From the NCBI GenBank assembly GCA_947258755.1, contig CAMYJO010000003.1, positions 50,871 to 114,870 on the forward strand: a DNA stretch of 64,000 nt, in the 5' to 3' direction. Made by a program: the position numbers and the translations under genes. Shown here one piece after another: positions 28,123 to 39,182 of this stretch (its first letter is position 1; the number at the start of each line of letters is the position of its first letter). This DNA is from an uncultured Gammaproteobacteria bacterium (GTDB lineage Bacteria; Pseudomonadota; Gammaproteobacteria; JAADHQ01). The notes beneath the pieces were generated by a model. It was not told the origin of the DNA, searched no databases, and was given only the letters and a program-made list of their open reading frames with translations.

Positions 28123-28689
28123 TTATTGTCCTACAATACTATTGAAAAATATGGCCTTGACGACCGGCTTACCCGCAGCTTCTTCCAAAGCATCTCTTAC
28201 TACTTTAAGGGTTTCATCAGTTAACTTGTTTTTACCTTCACGATCGCTGATATCATTAAAATCGAGACTACTGAACAACATATTTAAGTGATGCCTTAGT
28301 ACCGGCATATGCGTTTTAACTATTTCCAGATCGCCCTCTTGCTCAACCATGACACTCATGGTGACTTGCAGGTAGCGAACTTCACTTTCCTGACCATCGA
28401 GATTAACAACAAAGGCTGGAACCAGGTCCAGATAGGCAACACTCTCACCAGCGGCAGCGGCTGCCTCATCGTCTTTTTCCTTCGATGCAGCTGCCTCACC
28501 CTCCGTCTGTTGAGCTTCGCCTGGGGCCGCCTCCTTATCACCGCCGATCAACACCAGGGTTAGCGCCACACTCAAGCCAATGATTAAAATGCCAATGACA
28601 GAAAAAATAATGATCGACTTCATTTTTCCCCCGCCCTTCTTTTTGTCGGACTCTACATCCAGATCCAGATCTTCATCGACTTGTGCCAT
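28123..28689 (-). CDS. fliL: Flagellar protein FliL
   Basis: The 188-aa ORF has a single TM helix. Confidence 0.85.
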   Translation of the reverse strand: MAQVDEDLDLDVESDKKKGGGKMKSIIIFSVIGILIIGLSVALTLVLIGGDKEAAPGEAQQTEGEAAASKEKDDEAAAAAGESVAYLDLVPAFVVNLDGQESEVRYLQVTMSVMVEQEGDLEIVKTHMPVLRHHLNMLFSSLDFNDISDREGKNKLTDETLKVVRDALEEAAGKPVVKAIFFNSIVGQ

Positions 28690-28726
28690 CTTGCTTTCCT
28701 CGGATTAATAATTCCTGCAATTCAGA

Positions 28727-28743
28727 TTGCAAGACCTGTGCCA
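28727..28743 (-). promoter_or_regulatory. Sigma54 promoter for fliLMNOPQR-flhB (perfect TGGCAC-N5-TTGCA)
   Basis: The reverse complement of ttgcaagacctgtgcca is TGGCACAGGTCTTGCAA. It lies about 40 nt upstream of the fliL ATG (GAGGA RBS). Confidence 0.75.
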
Positions 28744-29085
28744 GATTGGGGGTAATAAATAATCTATTACAATCAATTACTTATAGAGGCTAAATTCCAG
28801 CGTGACGAGATGATGACAATATTTCATCGTGATTTCGCCAGCTTATTGGCAGAAAGGGGCATTTGCTACTAGAGCGGTAAGCAGATGAATTGCTCGAATT
28901 TTTTGCTATCGAGCCGTTCTCTGCAAGGCTAGGTGATCAATATTGTTCGCAGACTAGTCTGATCACGCTGATGTTTGCGGGGCTATTCCAAGAAGGGCTG
29001 CAGCAAACAGCATGCATACCCGACTGGCAATTACAGTAGATTAGCTGTTTGTTGCGGAATTTCACTCATCTTTGATTTCTACGCT

Positions 29086-30765
29086 TCAGGCATAATAATC
29101 GATAGCTGATAGTACGCCGTCATGCTCCATGTCGGTCATGTTATTGGCAAGGCTTTCTGGTTCTTCAGACATTGAATCAGACTGGTTTTGCGCAAAATGA
29201 CCCGGCGCCCTTTTATCATCCTGACGTTGTTGCGTTTCAGTTTCTCGTTCACCACTGGAAACATTGGCCTGCTCCATTTTCACCCCAGCCTCCTGCATCA
29301 TTTCACGTAGCCTTGGCAAGGTGGCCTCAATCGCATCGCGCACGGCACCATGTTGCGATACGAAGCTGATATTGGCCTGCTCATTCTGTATCGTTATCTT
29401 TACGTCTATCGTACCGAGATTTCCCGGCGTCAGACGTAATTGCGCATTCTGTATACCTTCCTTACTCATCCATACCATACGGCTACCAAATTCATCTCCC
29501 CATTTTGGCTTATCGATGGGCTGCTGTAGCAACAGATTGGTGTTTGTTAATTTCATCCCATCCAGGCTTGCCCTGGCCGCCGGTTCTGTCAGTGCCGCTG
29601 CAGCTGCTGTCGGCATTTCTTTTCCTAGTTGGGCCAGTCCTTTTTCTACCATGCGACTGAAATCGGAAGCAGACTCCGTTGCTGTCATCCTGGCTTCCGT
29701 TAATAACGGCTGCGAACCCTGTTCGGCCTGACTGTTCATAAAGTGTTCGCTGCCTGCTGATTGCTGCGCTAGCGGATTCTGAGCAAGCTGGTTTGAGACT
29801 GCTGGGTTAGGCGCTGACAATGGTCCACGCTGAGTTTGCATAGGTTCGACTAATTGCGCTGCTACCTGCATATCCGCAGCTGGAATTTGCGTCGAAAAAG
29901 TATAAGCTGCATGTGGGACTGCAGGTCTTAATATTGGCGAGCTTGGGTGCTCACTGTTTATTATCGCCGCCTCTTTCGCTAACTGCTGAGCTTCCGTTTT
30001 TACTTGTATGTCCCTGGCGGCATCAGTATTGCTGACTGCCACTGCAGCTCCGGGCTTGGTGCTTATATTGGCTGTCGCTGATAGATCCTCGGTTTGGGTG
30101 ACTGGCGATGTTGTCACGGCACCGTTATTAATGATGGCAGTTACAGGCGCGATAGCAGCATTGCTTTGATTCTCAGGTCGATTAGTAGCAATGCCGGTAG
30201 ACGTAATGTCTGCGCTGACAGTCGCAGTTGGCCCTTTCGCGGCTATCTGTGCGGCCTGGCTTTCATCAGCGCTTAATGCAACGGTTGACGTCAGCGGGCT
30301 TGTGTCAGCGATGAGCTTGTCTGCAGTATCTATGTGATGAGTGCCAGCCACTACTGACGTTGAAACCTGGGTGTTGATGTGCACGGATACCGCTTCTTGT
30401 ACCTCAATACTGGCTATCAGGGATTCGGCCGTACTCATCAACGCCTGTTGTGGCTCGACTTGAACGCTTAACGCTGGCATTGATTCGCTATCGGCATCTG
30501 TGGCGGCTATAGGCGGCAGACTTTTCCCCGTCAGCGGCAGTTCTTGCCTCAATTCTGGCAATGCAATCTGCAATAGTTGCTGAGCGCCTTGCTCCGCGAG
30601 ACCTGGCGGACGACTGCCCAGGTGGCCATGCTGCGCTAGGGAAGTTTCCAAATGATCATTAAATTCAGATAGTTGCGACCCAATTATAGGGGCAGACAGG
30701 CCTTTGTCTTGGCCTGAATCGGCAGTCGCTGCGGTATTAGCTACCGTGATCGGTAATAAATTCAT
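29086..30765 (-). CDS. fliK: Flagellar hook-length control protein FliK
   Basis: The C-terminal Flg_hook domain is LRLTPGNLGTIDVKITIQNEQANISFVSQHGAVRDAIE. The start was chosen at MNLLPITV. Confidence 0.85.
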   Translation of the reverse strand: MNLLPITVANTAATADSGQDKGLSAPIIGSQLSEFNDHLETSLAQHGHLGSRPPGLAEQGAQQLLQIALPELRQELPLTGKSLPPIAATDADSESMPALSVQVEPQQALMSTAESLIASIEVQEAVSVHINTQVSTSVVAGTHHIDTADKLIADTSPLTSTVALSADESQAAQIAAKGPTATVSADITSTGIATNRPENQSNAAIAPVTAIINNGAVTTSPVTQTEDLSATANISTKPGAAVAVSNTDAARDIQVKTEAQQLAKEAAIINSEHPSSPILRPAVPHAAYTFSTQIPAADMQVAAQLVEPMQTQRGPLSAPNPAVSNQLAQNPLAQQSAGSEHFMNSQAEQGSQPLLTEARMTATESASDFSRMVEKGLAQLGKEMPTAAAAALTEPAARASLDGMKLTNTNLLLQQPIDKPKWGDEFGSRMVWMSKEGIQNAQLRLTPGNLGTIDVKITIQNEQANISFVSQHGAVRDAIEATLPRLREMMQEAGVKMEQANVSSGERETETQQRQDDKRAPGHFAQNQSDSMSEEPESLANNMTDMEHDGVLSAIDYYA

Positions 30766-30836
30766 ATCGGGCTCACTCGTCTGAAAGTCTCTTGTCAGTA
30801 TCAGGAGCAAGTACTATGCCAATTGTGCCCTATCCC

Positions 30837-31283
30837 TTAGTCACTATCCCGCACCAGGCCAAGTTGCATGGCGCGCTCATCGAGTTCCTTTTGTTCCTGG
30901 CGTTCCATTATTTTATTTTCATCAACACGGCAACGATCAACGACCTTGTCCATGGCCTTACTATGGACTCGCGTACTCAACCAACTTTCCTGATAAATCG
31001 TACATTCGCCGTGGACCTGATTAATGCGATCACGCTGCTGCACAATCGCCTGATTGAGTTTTTGCAGGAAAACCCGATATTCATGCAAACGCCGCGCGTC
31101 CAGTCCGTTCACCCCCTGCGACTCAAATTTGCGTGCATATTCTTCACGGTATGAAACCAGTTCATCCAGGCGCTGGCGCTGCTGTTCCAGTTGTTGGCGT
31201 TTCTGCCCCAACATACGCGCAGCATCCCTTTCCTTGTTCTTTGCTATATTGGCAACGGATTGCATGCGCTTACTACGTTTCAC
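30837..31283 (-). CDS. fliJ: Flagellar export chaperone/stalk protein FliJ
   Basis: The 148-aa ORF is a coiled-coil protein. It lies downstream of fliI. Confidence 0.8.
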   Translation of the reverse strand: MKRSKRMQSVANIAKNKERDAARMLGQKRQQLEQQRQRLDELVSYREEYARKFESQGVNGLDARRLHEYRVFLQKLNQAIVQQRDRINQVHGECTIYQESWLSTRVHSKAMDKVVDRCRVDENKIMERQEQKELDERAMQLGLVRDSD

Positions 31284-31329
31284 TCATTTCTCCATCCCAA
31301 ACAGCCAGCTCATCGCCAGGCCGTTAACA

Positions 31330-32706
31330 TTATTGTGGTAACAACGTCGCCAACTCATCCAGGCTATCTTGTAGATGAATTGGTTGATACATATCTTGCT
31401 GCAGAAAATCCAGTAGACGTGGGTGATATTGAATGGCCTCATCAATACGTGGGTCATTACCTTGCTGATAAGCACCGACGCTGACCAGATCGCTGTTCTG
31501 CTGATAGACTGAATATAGTTTCTTAAATTTTCTGGCGGTATCCTGGTGATCGACTGCAGTGATGTCGGCCATTGCGCGGCTGATGGATGCCTCTATGTCG
31601 ATAGCAGGATATTGTCCCGATTCAGCTAATTCCCGCGATAACACGATATGTCCATCTAAAATTGCCCTGGCGGAATCGGCTATCGGATCATTCTGATCAT
31701 CGCCTTCAACCAGCACAGTATAGAAAGCCGTGATCGATCCGCCACCTTTATCACCATTACCAGCACGTTCAACCAGCTGTGGTATTTTCGCAAACACCGA
31801 TGGCGGGTAACCCTTGGTCGCAGGCGGTTCGCCAATCGCCAGCGCGATTTCGCGTTGTGCCTGCGCGTAACGGGTCAATGAATCCATCAGCAGCAAAACC
31901 TGCTTGCCCTGATCCCTGAAATGTTCAGCAATACTGGTAGCCATCATCGCACCATGTAATCGCAGTAAGGGCGGGTTGTCTGCCGGTGTCGCGACCACCA
32001 CCGCCCGTGCCATACCCTCTTCACCAAGGATTTTCTCGACAAACTCCTTTACCTCACGTCCACGTTCACCAATCATGCCGACGACTATCACATCTGCTGT
32101 CGTATACCGAGTCATCATGCCCAACAAGACACTCTTGCCGACGCCACTGCCGGCAAACAAGCCCATGCGTTGCCCACGTCCGACAGTTAACAAGGCATTG
32201 ATAGCGCGCACGCCGACATCGAGGGGCTCTTCAATCGGACTACGTTGTAAGGGATTGATTAAACGACCTGTGAGTGGTGCCGTTTGTTCGGTTCTTAGAG
32301 GTCCTTTGCCATCCAGTGGTTTGCCGGCGCCATCGATGACACGGCCCAGTAATTGTTTACCGACAGGGGCATGCGACACGGTATCGACTGGCACGACCTT
32401 GGCGTTAGGCGTCAGTCCCTGAATGTCGCCGGTCGGCATCAAGTAAAGCTTTTCCCCGGAAAAACCTACCACTTCGGCTTCAATATCATCATTATCTGGT
32501 CCGGTAACGACGCAACGGGCGCCGACGGCTGCCTGACAGCCTACTGCCTCCAGTGTCATTCCCACCATACGCGTCAATTTTCCCTGAACGACATACAGCG
32601 GTTTATTTTCTATCTTGCCTTCATAGGATTTGAGTCTTTCGATCCAGCTGCCGCTGCGATTTAATTGTAAAGTCGGCTCAGACACAATAAATAATTCTGT
32701 TATCAC
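31330..32706 (-). CDS. fliI: Flagellum-specific ATPase FliI
   Basis: It has a Walker A motif ([17 protein letters not shown]) and a Walker B motif ([12 protein letters not shown]). Confidence 0.95.
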   Translation of the reverse strand: MITELFIVSEPTLQLNRSGSWIERLKSYEGKIENKPLYVVQGKLTRMVGMTLEAVGCQAAVGARCVVTGPDNDDIEAEVVGFSGEKLYLMPTGDIQGLTPNAKVVPVDTVSHAPVGKQLLGRVIDGAGKPLDGKGPLRTEQTAPLTGRLINPLQRSPIEEPLDVGVRAINALLTVGRGQRMGLFAGSGVGKSVLLGMMTRYTTADVIVVGMIGERGREVKEFVEKILGEEGMARAVVVATPADNPPLLRLHGAMMATSIAEHFRDQGKQVLLLMDSLTRYAQAQREIALAIGEPPATKGYPPSVFAKIPQLVERAGNGDKGGGSITAFYTVLVEGDDQNDPIADSARAILDGHIVLSRELAESGQYPAIDIEASISRAMADITAVDHQDTARKFKKLYSVYQQNSDLVSVGAYQQGNDPRIDEAIQYHPRLLDFLQQDMYQPIHLQDSLDELATLLPQ

Positions 32707-33347
32707 TCATCAACATCTTGTTGGCGCTCGCCGAATACCTGGGCGAACAATTGATTCAGCCTGGTTTCCAGAGTGGAATCAACCTGGGTGACAGCGGTAA
32801 CGACCTTGCAACCTCCCCTGCTGATTAATGGGTCCTCGACGATAGCCCAGGCCAGGTCCTGTTCGCCGGTCTTATAGAATTCATGCACCAGCGTAGCGTC
32901 TTCTGGATGCAAGCGTAGTTGCAGTTCTCTTGATGCAACCGGGAGTGACTCTATGGCTTCGCGAATGACCGCCATAATCTGACCCGGGTCGGTTTTGATT
33001 TCGCGACGTACCATTTGTTTGACCAGGGCTTGCACCAGGATAACCAACTCATGGTCTACCTGTTCATCCAGGTCTTCGAGCGGTGCGGCAAGCTTGTTTA
33101 AGGTATTCTCAAGTACCTCGGTGCGTGCCTGGGCTTGCTCTTTGGCGGCCTTCGCACCTTCATCATGACCGGCCTTGTAGCCTTGTGCATGACCTTCCGC
33201 ATAGGCTTCTTCATAAGCCTGCTTTTGTACTCTCTCCAGTTGACTGGCGGTCAGGATCGCACCATGGCTATCGCCGGTATCACTAATAGTCGGCAATATC
33301 CAGGATTCGCAATCCTTCGATTCATCAGTCGACTTCGCTTTAGACAT
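32703..33347 (-). CDS. fliH: Flagellar export protein FliH
   Basis: The start was chosen at [10 protein letters not shown], 2 nt after the fliG stop. It has a FliH/ATP-synthase-b-like coiled coil. Confidence 0.8.
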   Translation of the reverse strand: MSKAKSTDESKDCESWILPTISDTGDSHGAILTASQLERVQKQAYEEAYAEGHAQGYKAGHDEGAKAAKEQAQARTEVLENTLNKLAAPLEDLDEQVDHELVILVQALVKQMVRREIKTDPGQIMAVIREAIESLPVASRELQLRLHPEDATLVHEFYKTGEQDLAWAIVEDPLISRGGCKVVTAVTQVDSTLETRLNQLFAQVFGERQQDVDE

Positions 33348-34353
33348 ATTGTTCGGTTCCCTTACCACCCAGAACAATGTCACCACTGTCGGCCAGTCTT
33401 CTGGCAACCGTTAATATTTCTTTCTGTGCCCCTTCAACTTCACTGAGCTTGACCGGTCCTCTGGATTCAAGATCATCACGCAGCATCTCCGCAGCACGCT
33501 TGGACATATTTGCAAATATCTTCTCTTTAACACTCTCATCGGCACCTTTCAAAGCAAATACCAGTGATTCGGTTGAGACTTCACGCAACAAGGCCTGTAT
33601 GCCGGTATTGTCAACATCGGCGAGATTTTCAAATACAAACATTAGATCCTGGATCTGGTCTCCTAATTCACCATCGGTTTCACGAATATTCTCCATGATC
33701 ACAGTTTCCTTACTACTATCAATAAAGTTTAGAATATTCGCAGCAGATTTGACGCCACCAACGGATGATGATTTCAGATTACTATTACCCGAGAATTGTT
33801 TTTCCATGATCTCGTCCAGTTCACGCAAGGCCTGTGGTTGAATACCATCCAGTTGGGCGATACGCATTAATATATCCGGCTGGGTCTTTTCCGGTAACAC
33901 CGACAAGATTTCAGATGCCTGATCAGAATCGAGATAAGCCAACACGATAGCAATGATTTGCGGGTGCTCAAGTCGAATGATTTCAGCTACCGCCCGTGGA
34001 TCCATCCATTTCAAGGCCTCGAGCCCCTTCGAACTCTGACCCAACAGTACTCGGTCAATCATCCCGGAGGCCTTGTCTTCGCCAAGTGCCTGGACCAGCA
34101 TGTTCTTGATGTATTCTTCGCTACCGATACCGAGGGCGGTCTGTTCCTCAACTACCGACATGAACTCATCGAGCACATCGCCCACTTGCTGCTTGCTGAC
34201 ATTTTGTACGGTCGCCATTACTTGTCCGATTTTCTGGACTTCTTTTGGTCCCATCAATTTAAGGACCTCGGCGGCCTCCTGCTCACCCAGGCTCATTAAC
34301 AAAATGGCAGCACGTTCGGCCCCTTGTGAACCTCCTGCATTATCAGCCATCAC
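33340..34353 (-). CDS. fliG: Flagellar rotor protein FliG
   Basis: The 337-aa ORF has a C-terminal torque helix with charged residues. Confidence 0.95.
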   Translation of the reverse strand: MMADNAGGSQGAERAAILLMSLGEQEAAEVLKLMGPKEVQKIGQVMATVQNVSKQQVGDVLDEFMSVVEEQTALGIGSEEYIKNMLVQALGEDKASGMIDRVLLGQSSKGLEALKWMDPRAVAEIIRLEHPQIIAIVLAYLDSDQASEILSVLPEKTQPDILMRIAQLDGIQPQALRELDEIMEKQFSGNSNLKSSSVGGVKSAANILNFIDSSKETVIMENIRETDGELGDQIQDLMFVFENLADVDNTGIQALLREVSTESLVFALKGADESVKEKIFANMSKRAAEMLRDDLESRGPVKLSEVEGAQKEILTVARRLADSGDIVLGGKGTEQYV

Positions 34354-36001
34354 TTGCCACCCATGTCTTCACTACCTGTGCCACCTGTCCAGGATCCTGG
34401 CCGACCATCGTCTTCGCCATTTGCAATTTATCATCAATCTGGTTGGGCGATGCCAATTGCGGCACAGCCCCACCGGCTCCTCCAGCAGCAGCTGAAATAT
34501 TGACATTATCATCGCCCAGCTCATCGACTGGAACACCATTGGCCGCGGCCAAACGTATTTTCTGTTCGCTCGTGCCCTTTTCAGTCAGGCTACGTAGCAC
34601 GGGTCGGAGTACAGCAAATATCAAAATGAGTACCACCAGACCGCCGAGCCCCTGCTTAATCAGGTTATGTACCCAAGGTTTCTCAAACAATCCAACCTCC
34701 GGCAATTCTTCTGGTTTTTCGGGCACATAGAATGAGGCATTGATGACATTGACACTGTCACCACGGTTGCTGTCGAAACCGACCGATTCCTTAACCAATG
34801 TTTGCAGGCGAGTGATCGCGGCGTCGTTCAATGGCGAACGGCTTACCTTACCTTCTTCATCTGTCTTTTGCAGGTCGTCTACTAGCACGGCAACCGATAA
34901 TTTTCGAATTTTACCTACCGATGAGCGCGTGTGACTGATGGTTTTGTCCAACTCAAAATTACGTGTCGTCCTGCTATTACGGCTTGAGGGTCCGGCACTA
35001 TTCTTGGCTGCATTGGCATTGGCTTTTGCTTCAGATTCAACGGTTGTGCCGCCGCCAGGAGGCTGGTTGGTTAGTGCACCGGGAACACCCCCGGCGATTG
35101 AGTTCGCACCGCGACTGCTTTCTTCAATGAGCTGCTCACTACGCAGCGCTGGTTTTTCCTGGTCATAGCTTTCACGCGTGTTTTCCGTCATGGTAAAATC
35201 CATGTCGGCAACCACTTGTGCGCGCACACGACCTGGCCCGACGATTGGCGATATCAGGTCTTCGATACGTTTCTTATAGGTATCTTCCAATTTTCGGGTA
35301 AATTCGAACTGACCCGCTGACAAGGCGAGCAAATCGTCCTTGGCCACTCTCGATAACAGTCTGCCGCTCTGATCGACGACCGTTACATGCTCCGGCATCA
35401 GGCCCGGAACACTGGAAGAAACCATATGTACGATAGAGGCAATATTATTATCCGTCAGTCCATGGCCAGAATACAGGTCGAGGACAACGGATGCTGTTGG
35501 CTTTTCTTTTTTACGCACAAACACCGAACGTTTCGGAATGGCCAGATGAATACGCGCATTTTTGACACTACGCATAGTCGTTATTGATCTTGCTAATTCG
35601 ATTTCAATGGCATGCTGGTAACGTGCACGTTCTATAAACTTGCTAGTGCCGAGTTCCTGCTCTTTATCGAACAACTCAAAACCAACACCATTGCCTTTTG
35701 GCAGCCCTTCAGCGGCAAGTTTCAAACGCGCATCATGTATTTGCTCGGAGGCCACCATGATTGCACCACTCTGCTCTTCAACCTGATAGGCGATATTCGA
35801 CTTCTGCAGTACATTCAGGACCTGGCTACTATCATTGCCTGACAAATTGCCATACAAAAGACTGTAGCTGGGTTCCTGTGACCACATCACAACAGCGACA
35901 CCCAGTGCGACGCTGGCAGCCAGGCCGATCATAAGCCCTAATTGTCGGAGCACTGGCAAGCCGGTAAAACCTTCTGCTGTTTCAGCTTTTATAACTGCCA
36001 T
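34343..36001 (-). CDS. fliF: Flagellar MS-ring protein FliF
   Basis: The 552-aa ORF has two TM segments flanking a large periplasmic domain. Confidence 0.95.
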   Translation of the reverse strand: MAVIKAETAEGFTGLPVLRQLGLMIGLAASVALGVAVVMWSQEPSYSLLYGNLSGNDSSQVLNVLQKSNIAYQVEEQSGAIMVASEQIHDARLKLAAEGLPKGNGVGFELFDKEQELGTSKFIERARYQHAIEIELARSITTMRSVKNARIHLAIPKRSVFVRKKEKPTASVVLDLYSGHGLTDNNIASIVHMVSSSVPGLMPEHVTVVDQSGRLLSRVAKDDLLALSAGQFEFTRKLEDTYKKRIEDLISPIVGPGRVRAQVVADMDFTMTENTRESYDQEKPALRSEQLIEESSRGANSIAGGVPGALTNQPPGGGTTVESEAKANANAAKNSAGPSSRNSRTTRNFELDKTISHTRSSVGKIRKLSVAVLVDDLQKTDEEGKVSRSPLNDAAITRLQTLVKESVGFDSNRGDSVNVINASFYVPEKPEELPEVGLFEKPWVHNLIKQGLGGLVVLILIFAVLRPVLRSLTEKGTSEQKIRLAAANGVPVDELGDDNVNISAAAGGAGGAVPQLASPNQIDDKLQMAKTMVGQDPGQVAQVVKTWVASDG

Positions 36002-36059
36002 AATATTTTTTCCAAATGGTTATTTATTGACGATACATGCTTAATCACAATGCCATAAC

Positions 36060-36383
36060 TCAGACCTGCATGCGCATGATTTCCTTATAGGCATCCACAA
36101 GCTTGCCGCGTACCTGCTTCATGGCCTCAAAGGAAACGCTGGCCTTTTGTAGGGCCACCATCACATCCGCCAGATCGGTATTAGGGTCGCCAGCCTGAAA
36201 TGCCTCGGTCAGCTGACCGGCTTGTTTCTGTGTGGAGTTAACTGAATCCACAGAATTCTTCAAGATACTGGAAAAATCTGCGCCCTCGGTCGGCTGTGCC
36301 TCAGTGGCAGGAATGGCCTGCGCTTGCGCAGCCATCACGCGCATTTGATTCAGCACTTGTGAAATATTGTCTATGTCGCTCAT
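36060..36383 (-). CDS. fliE: Flagellar hook-basal body protein FliE
   Basis: The start was chosen at MSDIDNIS, with a GGAAGGAGAG RBS. The track's TTG start is at 36431. Confidence 0.85.
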   Translation of the reverse strand: MSDIDNISQVLNQMRVMAAQAQAIPATEAQPTEGADFSSILKNSVDSVNSTQKQAGQLTEAFQAGDPNTDLADVMVALQKASVSFEAMKQVRGKLVDAYKEIMRMQV

Positions 36384-36448
36384 TTTCTCTCCTTCCTCTG
36401 ACGACCTGGGCAGAACACAGGCGTCAAACAACCATCACTTGAATTACT

Positions 36449-36465
36449 ATGCATCTTTCGCACCA
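36449..36465 (-). promoter_or_regulatory. Sigma54-like promoter for fliE (TGGTGC-N5-ATGCA)
   Basis: The reverse complement of atgcatctttcgcacca is TGGTGCGAAAGATGCAT. The GG/GC spacing is correct, with 3 mismatches to the consensus. Confidence 0.45.
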
Positions 36466-36466
36466 A

Positions 36467-37825
36467 CTAAGCCGGTATCTCGACACCAAGATCACGTAAT
36501 CGGGCCAGTTTGTACCGTAGTGTACGTGGACTAATGCCAAGTTTTTCAGCCGCATCCTTACGACTACCCTTGACTGACTTAAGCACATCCACAATCAGAC
36601 GTTGCTCACGGGTTTTCAGGTCCTCACCCAGTTTCAGATCATCATCGCTGATGTCGGCGTCATTACTGGCCATCGTCATACCAACAGGTCTACTGGCATC
36701 AGCCGTCTCGAAGCAGATGTCCGCCTCGTCAATACTGTCACCACTCATCAGGATCAGGGCACGCTGAATGACATTATCAAGTTCACGAACATTACCCGGC
36801 CAGTCATAAGACAGTAATCTCTCCTGAGCCGCTTCAGACAATACCGGTCGCGGTTTACGATTCTTGGCCCAGCGGGTTAACAGCTTGTCGGCGATTGGCA
36901 GGATGTCATCCTTTCGTGAACTCAGCGGTAATAAATGCAGTGGAAATACATTCAGGCGATAATACAGGTCTTCGCGAAAACGGCCCTCGGCCACTTCGAT
37001 AGAGAGATTACGGTTCGATGTTGCCAGCACGCGCACATCCAGCGGAATCACTTTTTTACCACCCAGGCGTTCGACCTCACGTTCCTGCAGTACGCGTAAT
37101 AATTTGGCCTGCAAGGGCAAACTCATTTCCGAAATTTCATCAAGTAACAAGGTACCACCGTTGGCCTGCTCAAATTTTCCAGGCGTTGCCGAATAGGCAC
37201 CGGTAAAGGCACCCTTTTCGTAGCCGAAAATCATCGCTTCGAGCATATTTTCCGGTATAGCGGCACAGTTGATCGCTATAAAGGGTCCGTCCTTACGTTC
37301 GGATGACTGGTGAATATACTGGGCAAAGACTTCTTTACCACTACCGCTTTCACCCGTGATCATAACCGTTGCATCACTATCGGCGACACGTTTGGCTAGC
37401 TCAACCAGGCGTCGCGTCTTCTCATCTTCTGCGACCAATGAGGAATACTCCGCTTCGTTATCTTCGAGTATGTAGCGTTTCACCAGGTTCAACAGTGAAT
37501 CTGAATCGAATGGTTTTACCAGATAATCAGATGCACCTTCACGGATGGCCTCGACCGCTTTCTGGATCGTGCCGTATGCCGTCATTAATACAACGGGGAT
37601 TTCAGGTCGGCTACTTTTGAGTTTTTTCAGTAAGCTAAATCCATCCATGGGTTTCATTTGCACGTCACTGACAACAACACTGATATGTTCCTGATCTATC
37701 AATGAAAGGGCCGCATTTCCATCAGTAGCGGAAAGCACTGGATATCCCGCTAATTGCAAGGTATCGCACATTGCCTCTCGTAGTGACAGGTCATCTTCAA
37801 CAACTAAAACAGAACCTAATGACAT
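36467..37825 (-). CDS. fleR: Sigma54-dependent response regulator FleR/FlrC
   Basis: It has a REC domain, an AAA+ domain (GESGSGKE; GAFTGA) and a C-terminal HTH. Confidence 0.9.
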   Translation of the reverse strand: MSLGSVLVVEDDLSLREAMCDTLQLAGYPVLSATDGNAALSLIDQEHISVVVSDVQMKPMDGFSLLKKLKSSRPEIPVVLMTAYGTIQKAVEAIREGASDYLVKPFDSDSLLNLVKRYILEDNEAEYSSLVAEDEKTRRLVELAKRVADSDATVMITGESGSGKEVFAQYIHQSSERKDGPFIAINCAAIPENMLEAMIFGYEKGAFTGAYSATPGKFEQANGGTLLLDEISEMSLPLQAKLLRVLQEREVERLGGKKVIPLDVRVLATSNRNLSIEVAEGRFREDLYYRLNVFPLHLLPLSSRKDDILPIADKLLTRWAKNRKPRPVLSEAAQERLLSYDWPGNVRELDNVIQRALILMSGDSIDEADICFETADASRPVGMTMASNDADISDDDLKLGEDLKTREQRLIVDVLKSVKGSRKDAAEKLGISPRTLRYKLARLRDLGVEIPA

Positions 37826-37842
37826 ACTTTGATAACCTCTAT

Positions 37843-39066
37843 TTATGATCGCGTGGATCTTGTTTGTTGAAATTCTTCATTCATGTTTTCACAACCACTG
37901 GGCAACAGGCTGTTGCTGTCGGCAAGTGGCAGGCTTATTTCGAATCTTGCTCCAGGGCCTTGCTGTGCCAAATACTTGATTTCACCATGATGGGCGCGCA
38001 AGGTAGCCTGGGCAACTGCCAGGCCAAGACCGGTTCCTTCAGATCGGGTTGTATAAAAGGGGGTAAATATTTTTTCTGCGATTTCAGCTGCGATTCCCGG
38101 TCCATTGTCGGCAAACACAATAATGATGCTATTGTTAACAATACGTGATTCAACTGTGATCGCGGTATTTTCGCCACAGGATTGCAAGGCATTGTTGGCC
38201 AGGTTGAGAAAGACGCCGAGCAGTGCTTCATGATCACCCTGCAGCTGCATCAATTGACCATGATTTGGCAAGGCCAGGGAACCACTTGCCTGTTCTATTT
38301 GTGGTTCGATGATTTGTTTGAATTCATCCAGTAAGGCATGTAAATCAATTGTCGATGCAACAAATGTGTTACCACGGGTAAAACGCAGCATGTCATTGAC
38401 CATATGCTCAAGGTGTTTAAGACGCTCGACAACTTTGGTCGACATTCTCTGTCGATCATGACTACTTAAATGTTCTTTCTGGTTATTGGAGGCATACAAC
38501 AGGGCCGTGGCTAGCGGTGTACGTATCTGGTGCGCCAGACTCGCCGCCATCTCACCCATAACAGCCAGTCGATCTTGACGGTTCAACATCATCTTCAGGT
38601 CATGTTGGTCACTGACATCCATCAGTAGTACGATCTGACCTGGCTCGGCACCCAGCGGACGCATGGAGACAGTCACATGCTTACCATTTTTCAACATCAC
38701 TTCGCCATATTCAGTCAAGCGATGTTCAAAATGTTCAGTCATGAGCGCCGACCAGTCCTGACCGCACAAATCAGGCTGTAATAATGCTTCGGCCAGTGGG
38801 TTGGTCTGGCTGATTCGACCTTGTCCATCTAAGACCAGGACGCCACCCGGCAACAGTTCCAGCAGTCTTTCCAGACGATCCGCCAGTCTTTCCTTTTCCG
38901 CCAGTTGTTGCAGCCTTTCGCTTCGGGCAGCTGCCAGTTCTTCGGTCAGCGTACTGACTTTGAGTTCAAGATCACGGTAGGAAGATTCCAGCTGCACAGA
39001 CATACGATTGAAGGCCGAGAAAGCCTGCTCGAGATTACGTGCCTGTTCAATACTGTTTTGCGACAT
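37843..39066 (-). CDS. fleS: Sensor histidine kinase FleS/FlrB (cytoplasmic, PAS)
   Basis: It has an H-box (MAASLAHQIRTPL) and a HATPase domain (NGPGI...GTGLGL). Confidence 0.9.
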   Translation of the reverse strand: MSQNSIEQARNLEQAFSAFNRMSVQLESSYRDLELKVSTLTEELAAARSERLQQLAEKERLADRLERLLELLPGGVLVLDGQGRISQTNPLAEALLQPDLCGQDWSALMTEHFEHRLTEYGEVMLKNGKHVTVSMRPLGAEPGQIVLLMDVSDQHDLKMMLNRQDRLAVMGEMAASLAHQIRTPLATALLYASNNQKEHLSSHDRQRMSTKVVERLKHLEHMVNDMLRFTRGNTFVASTIDLHALLDEFKQIIEPQIEQASGSLALPNHGQLMQLQGDHEALLGVFLNLANNALQSCGENTAITVESRIVNNSIIIVFADNGPGIAAEIAEKIFTPFYTTRSEGTGLGLAVAQATLRAHHGEIKYLAQQGPGARFEISLPLADSNSLLPSGCENMNEEFQQTRSTRS

Positions 39067-39106
39067 GGTCGCGCTCCGCTGTATTCTGTTAAGTGTTACA
39101 GAAAGA

Positions 39107-39124
39107 GAGCAAGAACTATGCCTA
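39107..39124 (-). promoter_or_regulatory. Sigma54-like promoter for fleSR (AGGCAT-N5-TTGCT)
   Basis: The reverse complement of gagcaagaactatgccta is TAGGCATAGTTCTTGCTC, with the GG/GC at the correct spacing. Confidence 0.5.
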
Positions 39125-39182
39125 AATAGAAAATATATATATTACAGTAAGATAGAAATGCTACTGTTTAGAGGAGTCAATT